A stretch of DNA of 64,000 nt, from the NCBI GenBank assembly GCA_037388505.1, contig JARRKC010000013.1, positions 9,999 to 73,998 on the forward strand. The letters run 5' to 3'. The notes under the pieces were generated by a model. That model did no database searches and was not told the DNA's origin. It saw only the letters and a program-made list of their open reading frames with translations. The first letter of the stretch is position 1. Every line of letters begins with the position of its first letter. This stretch comes from Acidobacteriota bacterium (lineage in GTDB: Bacteria; Acidobacteriota; UBA6911; RPQK01; JAPXNP01). The position numbers and the translations under genes are program-made. Below are positions 29,209 to 38,262 of this stretch, piece after piece.

Positions 29209-30609
29209 GTGCTCTTCAATTCCTGGGAATACTGGCTGTTCTTCCTGATCGTCATTCCGCTCTTTTACTCGAGTCCTTTGCGAATCGGTCGGTACGTGCT
29301 GCTGGCGGCCAGCTACTTCTTCTACATGTGGTGGAACCCCAAGTTCATACTCCTGATCCTGACCTCCACGCTGATCGACTATCTGTGCGGCATGGCCCTC
29401 CCCAGGCTCACCAGAAACCGTCGGCTCGTGCTGGTCGTGAGCCTGATCACCAACCTGGGCCTCCTGGGATTCTTCAAGTACTACAACTTCTTCTCCTCCT
29501 CGATTGCGGAAGTCCTCGGAATCAGCACTGACTCCCTGTTCCTGCAAATCGTGCTGCCGGTAGGAATCAGCTTCTATACGTTCCAGAGCATGTCGTACAC
29601 CATCGACATCTACCGGGGCGAACTCGAGCCGGTGCGGAGCTTCGTCGACTTTGCACTCTTCGTCGCATTCTTCCCCCAGCTGGTTGCGGGGCCGATCGTC
29701 CGGGCCCGCGAGTTTCTGCCGCAGCTCAAAGGATGGCACAGCCCTTGCGGCCGGGACGTTCAAGAAGGGATCATGCTCGTCCTCCTCGGGTTGGTCAAGA
29801 AGATGGTCCTTGCCGACAATTTCGCCCGGATCTCCGACGCCTATTTCGGCAATGTGGGAGGCTCTCCCGGTCCCTGGGCCGCGTGGACGGCGACTCTGGC
29901 CTTTGCCATGCAGATTTTCTTCGACTTCTCGGGCTACACGGACATTGCCCGAGGTTCCGCTTTGCTGCTGGGTTTCCGATTCCCGACCAACTTCGAACGA
30001 CCCTACCTGGCTTCCTCGATCACGGAATTCTGGCGCAGGTGGCATATTTCCTTGTCAACCTGGCTCCGAGACTATCTTTACATCCCTCTCGGAGGAAATC
30101 GGAAGGGCCGGCTGCAGACCTACCGGAATCTGATGGTCACCATGCTGCTCGGCGGACTCTGGCATGGGGCCAGCTGGAATTTCGTAGCGTGGGGTGGCTA
30201 CCATGGCGGGCTGCTGGCGGCTCACCGGGTGATCGGACGACGGTCTCGGTCCGAGCCGGTGACCTGGTTCACCCGTGCCCTCCGTCCAGGAGCCGTCCTT
30301 CTGAACTTCGGCCTCGTCCTGATCGGCTGGGTCTTCTTCCGCGCCCGGAGTTTCGAGGATTCCTGGGCGGTCCTCCGCAACCTCTTCTCTCTGCACGTCG
30401 TCAGCGGCAGTCTGATGGGTTGGGGGCTCTGGATCGCTCTCATCGGATCGATGGCGCTGGCCGTCGTCGAGGAGAAGTGGGGCACGTTTCAACGCCTGGT
30501 CGATGCGCCGGCTGCGATCAGGGTGCTCTACTATGTCGGCATCCTGACGGTGCTCGAACTGTTCTCCGTCACCGACCTTCGGATCCCCTTCGTCTACTTT
30601 CAGTTTTGA
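29209..30609 (+). CDS. MBOAT family membrane-bound O-acyltransferase (AlgI/DltB/PatA-like)
   Basis: Multi-TM protein with the conserved MBOAT core (…FWRRWHISLSTWLRDYLYIPLGGNR…LLGGLWHGASWNFVAWGGYHG…), including the invariant His. Confidence 0.85.
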   Translation: MLFNSWEYWLFFLIVIPLFYSSPLRIGRYVLLAASYFFYMWWNPKFILLILTSTLIDYLCGMALPRLTRNRRLVLVVSLITNLGLLGFFKYYNFFSSSIAEVLGISTDSLFLQIVLPVGISFYTFQSMSYTIDIYRGELEPVRSFVDFALFVAFFPQLVAGPIVRAREFLPQLKGWHSPCGRDVQEGIMLVLLGLVKKMVLADNFARISDAYFGNVGGSPGPWAAWTATLAFAMQIFFDFSGYTDIARGSALLLGFRFPTNFERPYLASSITEFWRRWHISLSTWLRDYLYIPLGGNRKGRLQTYRNLMVTMLLGGLWHGASWNFVAWGGYHGGLLAAHRVIGRRSRSEPVTWFTRALRPGAVLLNFGLVLIGWVFFRARSFEDSWAVLRNLFSLHVVSGSLMGWGLWIALIGSMALAVVEEKWGTFQRLVDAPAAIRVLYYVGILTVLELFSVTDLRIPFVYFQF

Positions 30610-30618
30610 ATCATCAAA

Positions 30619-31041
30619 TCACCGAAAGTCTTCTCGGGGCGGCGTAAATGCGTCGATCAGCCTGGCAGTGGGCGTGAGGACCCGGATCCCATGCGGTACA
30701 TTCGAGGGTACGCGGTACGCCCCTCCGGGACCGATTTTGCGCACCTCCTCACCGATCTGCACCTCGATTTCGCCGTCAATCAGGTACGTAACCTGGTCGT
30801 GCTCGTGGTGATGGAGCAGGATCGGCCCCTGCTCCGGGCCTTTGGCTTCGATGACGGCCATGGTCAGCTTGCCGCTAAAGATGGACTGCCGCCGCCAGCC
30901 GTTCGGCAGGACCGTCCAGTCGGCCTCCGATGCCGGCAAAATCGTTTCATCGCTCTGCATGACGTTCCCCCAGATTTGAACACCCACGAAGACGGCCATC
31001 AGGCAGATGGCCGGGATGATCCAAAGGCGTATTCCTCGCAT
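30619..31041 (-). CDS. Cupin-domain protein with N-terminal membrane anchor
   Basis: Cupin motifs HHHEHDQVTYLIDGE … PSNVPHG. Confidence 0.6.
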   Translation of the reverse strand: MRGIRLWIIPAICLMAVFVGVQIWGNVMQSDETILPASEADWTVLPNGWRRQSIFSGKLTMAVIEAKGPEQGPILLHHHEHDQVTYLIDGEIEVQIGEEVRKIGPGGAYRVPSNVPHGIRVLTPTARLIDAFTPPREDFR

Positions 31042-31387
31042 CGTCTCCTCCGTCTTCTCTTTGCGTTATGCGGCCACTCGACCCGCGCGACCTGGCCCCC
31101 CGCGCGGCAAGGTCCACCTCGAGTGCCTATTCCTTATCACAAACTCAGATCTCTGAGACAGAGGCCTCCCCGTTAGCGGGGAGGTAAGATGCGGAAACTC
31201 CGAGAGGGGAGTGGGGATCGTTGAGACTTGGAGATGGGAGGCTATGCCGCGCGAAATTCCAGGGCGCCCCGTTTTCCGAAGGTTGGTGGGTGTCGGCTCG
31301 GCATCTTCCAGGCAGGCCCGGGACCGGAGTACCATACTCCCGCCCCGGGCGAAGTGGAGAAGAGACCATACTGAGCAGATCGAGTCC

Positions 31388-31894
31388 CTAGCGGGGAATC
31401 ACAACGGAATCGATCACGTGAATCACGCCGTTCGAACAGGCGATATCGGTCTTGATGATCTTCGCCTGATCGACCATGGCACCTTCCCCGACCGTCACGC
31501 GGAGATCCTGCCCCTGGACCGTCTTCAGTTCGGCCTGTTTGACGACATCGCTGGCCATCAATCGACCGGGAACCACATGGTAGGTCAGGACGGCGGTCAG
31601 CTTCTCCTTGTCCTGGAGAAGGTTCTCGAGCGTGCCGGCGGGCAGCTTGGCGAAGGCCTCGTCGGTAGGAGCGAAGACCGTGAACGGCCCTTCGCCCTTC
31701 AGAACGTCGACCAGCCCTGCGGCCTGGACGGCTTGGACCAGGGTGGTGAAATTGCCCGCAGAAACGGCCGTATCCACGATGTCGCTTTTCTTCGTGGCGT
31801 CGCTGTGGGTGCTTTCCCCATCGACGGGGGCCACGGCAAAGGACAAGCCCATGACCATGACAGACATAAACAATTGCCAGTTCTTCAGTTTCAT
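31388..31894 (-). CDS. Secreted fasciclin (FAS1) domain protein
   Basis: Signal peptide; FAS1 signatures [11 protein letters not shown] … [10 protein letters not shown] … GVIHVID. Confidence 0.8.
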   Translation of the reverse strand: MKLKNWQLFMSVMVMGLSFAVAPVDGESTHSDATKKSDIVDTAVSAGNFTTLVQAVQAAGLVDVLKGEGPFTVFAPTDEAFAKLPAGTLENLLQDKEKLTAVLTYHVVPGRLMASDVVKQAELKTVQGQDLRVTVGEGAMVDQAKIIKTDIACSNGVIHVIDSVVIPR

Positions 31895-31980
31895 TTCGTT
31901 TCCTCCTGTGTTCCGTGATAGAGAAGGTTCTCATTCCTGGAACTCACATGTTGATCGTTGGAATGGGATATGTCTAAATC

Positions 31981-32042
31981 GTGTCCATGGTTTCAGATTG
32001 TTGTCCATGTTTTGATATTTTGTTGTCCATTATTATCTGGAC
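31981..32042. promoter_or_regulatory. AT-rich island with TGTCCAT x3 direct repeats (20-22 bp spacing) plus one inverted copy (TGGACA); putative operator/promoter region between divergent genes
   Basis: Seen in sequence: TGTCCAT at 31981, 32001, 32023; TGGACA at 32037. The local AT content is far above the genome background. Confidence 0.35.
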
Positions 32043-32108
32043 ACTGCGAATTCGGGCCCGTCCTTCTCAACCCCAATGCGGAGGACTCAGCGAGGAGGAG
32101 TCGCTAAA

Positions 32109-33560
32109 ATGACGAAACCGCGTATTCTTCTGACTGGAGCCAGCGGGTACGTGGGAGGCCGCCTCCGGCGGCGTTTTGAGCAACGGGGCGTACCGCTGCG
32201 ATGTCTGGCGCGAAAGCCTCTCTACCTGGAGACGCGAGTCGCCGAGACGACTGAGGTGGTGGCGGGGGACATACTCGACCGCGACTCTCTCAAACCATCA
32301 CTCAACGGGATCGATGTCGCCTACTACCTGGTCCACGCCATGGGTGCCGCGGGTGACTTCGAAGAAAGAGACCGGCAGGGCGCCGAGAACTTCGCTTCCG
32401 TCGCCCGGAGCGCCGGTCTGCGTAAGATCATCTACCTTGGAGGCCTGGGCCGCGGCCCGAACCTCTCCGCGCACCTGCGGAGTCGACAAACCGTCGGGGA
32501 CATCCTGCGGAGTTCGGGCGTTCCGACGATCGAGTTGCGTGCATCGATCATCATCGGTTCCGGTAGTCTCTCCTTCGAGATGATTCGCTCATTGGTGGAG
32601 AGACTCCCCATCATGATCACACCTCGGTGGGTTCGGATCGCTTCACAACCGATTGCGATCGATGACGTCCTGGACTACCTCGAGGAGGCGGCAGACTCGC
32701 GGTTTCATCAGTCTGAGACCTACGAAATCGGCGGTCCCGATCAAGTTTCTTACAGCGACGTGATGCGCGTATACGCGCGGCAGAAGGGATTGCGCAGGCT
32801 CATCCTTCCAGTTCCCATGTTGACCCTCCGACTCTCCAGCCTCTGGCTCGGACTCGTAACGCCGATCTACGCCCGCATCGGGCGAAAGCTGGTCGACAGC
32901 GTGCGCAACGAGACCGTGGTCAGCGACGAACGAGCGCTGCGGGATTTCTCGGTTCGCCCACGGGGCATCGACGAGGCGATCCGGAGAGCCTTGACCAACG
33001 AAGACCAGACCCTCTCCGAAACTCGATGGTCGGATGCTTTGTCCTCACTGGGCGTCGTCTCGGGCTACGGGGGGCTCAGGTTCGGCAGTCGCCTGGTTGA
33101 CTCCCGTTCGGTCACCGTTCGTGCTGCTCCCGAGGCCGCGTTTCGCCCCATCCGACGGATCGGAGGGGCCAGCGGTTGGTACTATGGCAACTGGCTCTGG
33201 GAGTTGCGCGGTTTTCTCGATCTTTTGGCGGGCGGACCCGGCATTCGCAGGGGCCGGCGGGATCCCGACCAACTGGAGGTCGGAGACGCACTCGATTTCT
33301 GGCGGGTGGAGGCCGTCGAAGCCAATCGCCTCCTGCGTCTGCAGGCTGAGATGCGGGTCCCTGGTCGTGCCTGGCTCCAATTCGAAGTGGAAGAGGCCGG
33401 CGAGGGCAGGAGTTCCATCCGCCAGACGGCCATCTTCGATCCGCTGGGACTGTCTGGACGTCTGTACTGGTACGCCGCCTTCCCGGCTCATCAGTTTGTC
33501 TTCCGAGGAATGCTCGCAGCGATAGCCCGACAGGCGACCGGGGAGAACCCGCCTCCCTGA
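32109..33560 (+). CDS. NAD(P)-binding Rossmann (NmrA/atypical SDR-like) + DUF2867 domain protein
   Basis: ILLTGASGYVGGRL (GxxGxxG) N-terminus; the C-terminal half resembles DUF2867. Confidence 0.65.
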   Translation: MTKPRILLTGASGYVGGRLRRRFEQRGVPLRCLARKPLYLETRVAETTEVVAGDILDRDSLKPSLNGIDVAYYLVHAMGAAGDFEERDRQGAENFASVARSAGLRKIIYLGGLGRGPNLSAHLRSRQTVGDILRSSGVPTIELRASIIIGSGSLSFEMIRSLVERLPIMITPRWVRIASQPIAIDDVLDYLEEAADSRFHQSETYEIGGPDQVSYSDVMRVYARQKGLRRLILPVPMLTLRLSSLWLGLVTPIYARIGRKLVDSVRNETVVSDERALRDFSVRPRGIDEAIRRALTNEDQTLSETRWSDALSSLGVVSGYGGLRFGSRLVDSRSVTVRAAPEAAFRPIRRIGGASGWYYGNWLWELRGFLDLLAGGPGIRRGRRDPDQLEVGDALDFWRVEAVEANRLLRLQAEMRVPGRAWLQFEVEEAGEGRSSIRQTAIFDPLGLSGRLYWYAAFPAHQFVFRGMLAAIARQATGENPPP

Positions 33561-33714
33561 CCGGCCGTCGCGTGGCACCACGGAGAGAGGACCCGCCGTC
33601 GCCCGCTCTTCGACGAGAAGCGCCGATACCAGCCCCTCATGACTGGCTTTGTGCGAAATTCCGGGAGAGAATGGGCCCCAGTTCGGGCACGAGGCCATGA
33701 AAGGGAGGATTTCA

Positions 33715-34476
33715 ATGAATCGGAGAGAATTCAGTCTGGCAGCGATCGCGACATCCGCGGCAGGAATATCGGGCAATGTGCTGGCTCAGGACGACAAGAG
33801 GCCGGCATTCTACGAATTGAGAACCTACGAGTTGCGCAGCGACCTGCCGGTCGCGAAATTCCGCACCTTTCTGGAGAAGAGCTACCTGCCCGTTGTCCGG
33901 CCTCTGGTCTCAGGCCCGATCGGCGTTTTCGAGGTGGTGACCGGACAGGACTCTCCGGCCGTCATTCTGCTGCTTCAGTATGATTCCCCCGACAAACTCC
34001 CCGCCAACTCCCAACTGGCGTCCAAGGCGGATCAGAGCTGGAAGGACTTCGTGTCCTCCGGCATGCCCTATGTGCGATACAGATCCGAGCTTCTTCGTGC
34101 GTTCGAAGGTCAACCCCGGATCGTGGTGCCGGCCGAGCGGCAGTCCGGACATCTTTTCGAATTGCGCACGTACGAATCCAAGAATGCCCTCAAGGCTGCC
34201 GCCAAGGTGGACATGTTCAACACCGAAGAGATGAAGATCTTTCGCGCTTGCGAGATGCCCACGGTCTTTTTCGGCGAAGCACTGATCGGCCAGAAACTGC
34301 CTCACCTCACCTACATGCTCGCCTTCGACGACATGGCGGCTCGTGAGACAGCCTGGGCCCGCTTCGGCTCCAATCCCGACTGGAATCGCATCAAGGACGA
34401 TCCCCGCTGGGTCGACACTGTGTCGAGCATCCACGCGTCTTTCCTGCGACCGGCGTCTTTTTCGGAGATCCGATAG
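33715..34476 (+). CDS. Tat-exported NIPSNAP-family (tandem dimeric alpha/beta barrel) protein
   Basis: Twin-arginine signal MNRREFSLAAIATSAAG; two NIPSNAP-like repeats (…FYELRTYEL… and …LFELRTYES…). GGGAGG SD. Confidence 0.6.
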   Translation: MNRREFSLAAIATSAAGISGNVLAQDDKRPAFYELRTYELRSDLPVAKFRTFLEKSYLPVVRPLVSGPIGVFEVVTGQDSPAVILLLQYDSPDKLPANSQLASKADQSWKDFVSSGMPYVRYRSELLRAFEGQPRIVVPAERQSGHLFELRTYESKNALKAAAKVDMFNTEEMKIFRACEMPTVFFGEALIGQKLPHLTYMLAFDDMAARETAWARFGSNPDWNRIKDDPRWVDTVSSIHASFLRPASFSEIR

Positions 34477-34504
34477 TCCGGTCTCGGAGGTCGGTCCAGA
34501 CAGT

Positions 34505-34900
34505 TCAGTAAGTCATCAACCCGACGTCAGCGACACCAGCCCCCTTGGCGATGTCGATAATTCCGGCGATGGTGCCGAAAGCCAGGCCCTCATCCGCCCG
34601 GACGAACAGGTTCTTACCCGAGCGTCGGCTGAAGATCTCAAACAGGCGCTGACCCAACGTAGCCAACCTGACCCGTTCTCCGTTGATCTCCATCCGGAAG
34701 TTCGCGTCGATGCTGAGAACAATGGCGGGCGGCGGCTGGACTGCCGACTTCTGCGGAGGATCGGGGATGCGCGCCTCCAGGTCGAACATCTCGAGCGGCT
34801 GCAGGACCATGAAGATGATCAGCAGGACGAGCAGGATATCGATGTAAGGAGTGATGTTGATGTCTGCCTTCTTGCGACCGGTCTTTCCTTTCCTTCTCAC
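34505..34900 (-). CDS. exbD: ExbD/TolR-family biopolymer transport protein
   Basis: …ADINITPYIDILLVLLIIFMV… is canonical ExbD. Start placed at GTG 34900 (SD GGGAGGAGG) rather than the ORF-track TTG at 34921. No exbB or tonB is adjacent. Confidence 0.75.
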   Translation of the reverse strand: MRRKGKTGRKKADINITPYIDILLVLLIIFMVLQPLEMFDLEARIPDPPQKSAVQPPPAIVLSIDANFRMEINGERVRLATLGQRLFEIFSRRSGKNLFVRADEGLAFGTIAGIIDIAKGAGVADVGLMTY

Positions 34901-35001
34901 GGGTTCCCTCCTCCCATTCAAGGCTCTATGGTCTTAGAGCCCGCGCTTCCGGACAGGTTCCCGTGAGTGGGTAGGTCTGCCATCAGCGGGAGAACAGAGG
35001 A

Positions 35002-35104
35002 ATAGGACCTATAGAACAGAGGGGGATTGGGTTCTCGAATCCCTCCACAGCCTTCCGGCCGTCCCATTTGTCCTAATATGTCCTATTGGTCCTATTCGTC
35101 CTAT
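35002..35104. repeat. Heptamer array: ATAGGAC/ATAGAAC x2, 43-bp spacer with short hairpin, GTCCYAW x5 at 9-10 bp period; putative operator between exbD and a secreted hypothetical gene
   Basis: Seen in sequence: ATAGGAC 35002, ATAGAAC 35011; GTCCCAT 35061, GTCCTAA 35070, GTCCTAT 35080/35089/35098. Same motif family and orientation as 11104-11173. Confidence 0.4.
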
Positions 35105-35126
35105 TTCCCAGGGCTGTCCCCATTCC

Positions 35127-35990
35127 CTACCGAGCCCGAGACACCGGCAGTTCCCACATGGCATCGGCCGTCACGGCCAGTGAAACCAGCGCGATCCTGG
35201 CTTGGAAAGCGGTCTCGCCTCGCAGCGTTCCCTTGAGCGCGGTAGAGTCCAGCGGAGTCACCCAGGGCAGCTGATCCACGAACTTCACCAGTTGCCCTTT
35301 GGCGGGAAGGATCACCGCGGTTTCGGCGAGCGTGCCGCCATCCGGTCCCCGCAAGCTGAGATTGACCATGACCCTCTGATTCTCGAGGTTCGTCAACGCA
35401 ACCGCGTTTCTCACCGGACGGGCGTTGCGAGCCCCTGGATCCAGCGGAGCGACGAAGGAGGCGACGGCCGGACTGTGCTCCATGGCCGCGCCGCCGGTTG
35501 GCCCGGTGATGACGAGGCTCCCGGAAATCGGGCCGCTGGCGTGGACGACGGCGGACCCGACCTTGAGTGGGCCGGCGCCCGTGCCCGAAAGGATCAGCAT
35601 CCCTCCGGGGACGATCTCAAACGGGAGTCCGTCCAGGGTGGATTCGTCGTTGAGCACCACGTCGACTGGGTCACCCTGGGCTCCCCAGACGCGAACGAGT
35701 CCCTTCACCGGATCCGTGTCACTCAGATTGATCAGAATCAACCGGCTGACGAAGCTGGCGGGAAGAGGGATGCCGACGGCCGAATCGGCGTTCGTCGTGG
35801 CGGGTATCTCTCCATCGGCGAAGAGAGCGAAGTGCAGGCTGTGGGCATACGCTTCGGCGGGATCGGTGGTGCCCGCTCTCCCGGCGGCGGCGCCCGCCCG
35901 ATCCTGAAACGCGCGCTGTGCCGAAATGGAACCGGCGCAGAGACTCACGATGACAAGCAGCCCCAGAACGAAGTGTTTTTTCATTTTCAT
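35127..35990 (-). CDS. Secreted hypothetical protein (Gly/Ala-rich, beta-rich)
   Basis: Signal peptide MKMKKHFVLGLLVIVSLCAGSISAQ. Chosen over the overlapping plus-strand ORF because of that signal peptide. No recognisable family. Confidence 0.45.
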   Translation of the reverse strand: MKMKKHFVLGLLVIVSLCAGSISAQRAFQDRAGAAAGRAGTTDPAEAYAHSLHFALFADGEIPATTNADSAVGIPLPASFVSRLILINLSDTDPVKGLVRVWGAQGDPVDVVLNDESTLDGLPFEIVPGGMLILSGTGAGPLKVGSAVVHASGPISGSLVITGPTGGAAMEHSPAVASFVAPLDPGARNARPVRNAVALTNLENQRVMVNLSLRGPDGGTLAETAVILPAKGQLVKFVDQLPWVTPLDSTALKGTLRGETAFQARIALVSLAVTADAMWELPVSRAR

Positions 35991-36315
35991 CCCTTGTGCG
36001 ACCTCCTCTCATGATTCATTGAGCTGAAGACGACAGACGGATGCGCAAGATGCGTACCACTCGCGGCCTCACCGCAATCATCGACTAACTTGTTCTATTC
36101 AAGCTACTTACGTAGAATGAAAGACTCGTTCCCCAGAGCTCGACGGGTCAATCCGGCCCGGCGCCCGGATCGATAGGACCCGTCGGTGACAGACGATCGG
36201 GATACTCCGGGACTCATCCTGGGCCTTGACGACCAGACCTCGACCATTGAAGCCCCTCGCGAATGCCTCTATGATCACGAAGGTCGTTCGACGACCGATC
36301 GAAAGGAATCGCGCC

Positions 36316-37269
36316 ATGAAACGGACCGCGCTCGGGATCTGTTCTCTGTTGATGGTTCTCATTTCCGCCTTTTCCGCGGCCCTTCTGGCGCAGGACGGGA
36401 TGGAGGGCCGCTGGCTCCTGACGGAGAGGTCGGGTGATCAGTCCTACGCTTCCTGGCTGCGCGTCACTCACCAGCCCGGGGAAGACTGGAAGGCGCTCTA
36501 CCTGCACCGGGGCGGGCATCCTCTTCCGTGCGACGTGCGCGTCGACGGAAATCGCATCGAAGTTCAGATCGTTCCCGAGTCAGGATCCACCGCCAACCCG
36601 AACTCCCGGCGCCCGAAACTGACCGGCGTACTCGAGAACGGTCGACTCCAGGGCACCGGCACGGACGGAGGTGGCAGGACCTTCAGTTGGAAAGGAGATC
36701 GGGCTCCCGATCGCCTGGAAGGCCAGGGACGAAGCGTCACCTGGGGAGAGCCGATCCCGCTCTTCAATGGCCGGGATCTCGAAGGCTGGCGGACGGTTGA
36801 ACAGAGGGAAAGCAAGTGGAAGGTCGTCAACGGCCTCTTGGTCAACGAGTCCACCGGCGCCAACCTTCGAACGACCCGGGAATTCAGGGATTTCAAACTG
36901 CACGTGGAGTTCAAGATCCCGCCGGAGAGCAACAGCGGGATTTACTTGCGCGGGCGCTACGAGACGCAGGTGGCCGATGACTTCGGCAAGGAACCCTACA
37001 TCCGCATGGTCGGCGGCATCTACGGCCAGATCGCACCGCTCGTGAATGCCTGCAAGCCCGCCGGGGAATGGAACGTCCTCGATGCCACGCTCGTAGGTTA
37101 CCGGGTCACGATTCTGCTGAACGGTCAGACGACGGTGGACGGCCAACTGATCGACGGCATCACCGGTGGAGCGCTCAGCGCCGACGAAAGGGCTCCGGGC
37201 CCGATCATGCTCCAGGGCGACCACGGCCAGGTCTCCTATCGCAACATCGTCCTCACCCCGGCAAAGTGA
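36316..37269 (+). CDS. Secreted DUF1080 (3-keto-disaccharide hydrolase / LamG-like jelly-roll) domain protein
   Basis: Signal peptide; …FRDFKLHVEFKIPPESNSGIYLRG…GQVSYRNIVL… matches the DUF1080 pattern (second copy in the window, see 17056-18432). Confidence 0.7.
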   Translation: MKRTALGICSLLMVLISAFSAALLAQDGMEGRWLLTERSGDQSYASWLRVTHQPGEDWKALYLHRGGHPLPCDVRVDGNRIEVQIVPESGSTANPNSRRPKLTGVLENGRLQGTGTDGGGRTFSWKGDRAPDRLEGQGRSVTWGEPIPLFNGRDLEGWRTVEQRESKWKVVNGLLVNESTGANLRTTREFRDFKLHVEFKIPPESNSGIYLRGRYETQVADDFGKEPYIRMVGGIYGQIAPLVNACKPAGEWNVLDATLVGYRVTILLNGQTTVDGQLIDGITGGALSADERAPGPIMLQGDHGQVSYRNIVLTPAK

Positions 37270-37532
37270 CCGAATCCGCGCAAAGCGCATCCACGTCAGT
37301 GCATGAACGAAGTGAGTGCCGCACGGATGCCCAATTGCCAGGGCCTGACCGTTCCCGGCAAAGCCCACCGTCCGTCGAATCGTCACGGTGCCACTCGTGC
37401 TCATTTTGGGGAGACAAGTCAGGAAGTCGGCGACCGTGCAGGGGGTCGCTCACGTCGTTCGCGCACCGACGCTTCCCCGTGACCCGTCCACTGCCCGAAG
37501 CACTGATGCCGCTGACGCTGGCGCTGCGGCGC

Positions 37533-38075
37533 TCACCAGGTCGGTGGCGGCGGCTCGTTGTGCTCCGTTCCCAGCCAGTCGATGCCGATGTCGACCCGCC
37601 GGCGCAGGATCAGCGCAAGCTGTGCTGCGTGATGCTGGGTGTGTCGCAGACTGTTGATCAGGAACTCCCCGACGTTCAGCTTGTACCACCAGAACCCGCA
37701 GCGCTCGCGGGCGCGCTGCTCGGTCAGCGCGGCGAAGACGCCCCTGCACTTTTCCGTGCAGTGATCGGCATACTCCAGCATCTGTTGTCTGCTGTAACAC
37801 TCATCGGGCGTGGTCACGATTCCCGCGTACTCTTTGTAGTCTCCCGGTAGGAAATGATAGTTGTCGACATGATAGTCCCGGGCTCGAAAGCTCTCCAAGT
37901 CATCCGACAAGTAGAGATCGCAAAAGAACAGCGCATGATAGGCAATATGCCAAAAAGGCGTGCCGTCGGACCGATCGTCCCACAGTTCGTCGGGACAGGC
38001 GTCGATCGTGTTACGGAGCATCTCGATCGCCGTGACATATTGTCGACCCATGACTTCGTTCCAGAACGCCGACAT
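37533..38075 (-). CDS. DinB_2/YfiT-like four-helix-bundle metal-dependent hydrolase-like protein
   Basis: His triad-like pattern (HIAYHALFF … HTQHHAAQL). Start moved to ATG 38075 (SD GGGAAGGGGG); the ORF-track start at 38435 is an upstream extension. Confidence 0.5.
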   Translation of the reverse strand: MSAFWNEVMGRQYVTAIEMLRNTIDACPDELWDDRSDGTPFWHIAYHALFFCDLYLSDDLESFRARDYHVDNYHFLPGDYKEYAGIVTTPDECYSRQQMLEYADHCTEKCRGVFAALTEQRARERCGFWWYKLNVGEFLINSLRHTQHHAAQLALILRRRVDIGIDWLGTEHNEPPPPTW

Positions 38076-38262
38076 ATCTGCCCCCTTCCCTCTGTTCCGG
38101 ATCAATGAAGACTGATGCCTACTCTGGCAGCTTTGACAAGTCCGCACAAGTCTCGTTCCGAACAGCGAAGACGAGGCATATGGAAGCGTTCGGAGGAAAA
38201 TCCTACACCGCTTATATTCAAGTGCAGACAGGGACCTGCCTTCGTAGTAACGTCTCAGGATT

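Noticed and set aside
31151-31170. Perfect hairpin CCTCCCCG-TTAG-CGGGGAGG as a terminator
   Set aside because: There is no flanking U/A-run on either strand, and it lies 220 bp from the nearest stop codon. It could still be structural but cannot be called a terminator.
35018-35060. tRNA T-arm-like sequence GGGTTCTCGAATCCC
   Set aside because: The loop is 9 nt rather than 7, and no acceptor, D or anticodon arms can be drawn around it. I could not identify any tRNA in the window by eye.
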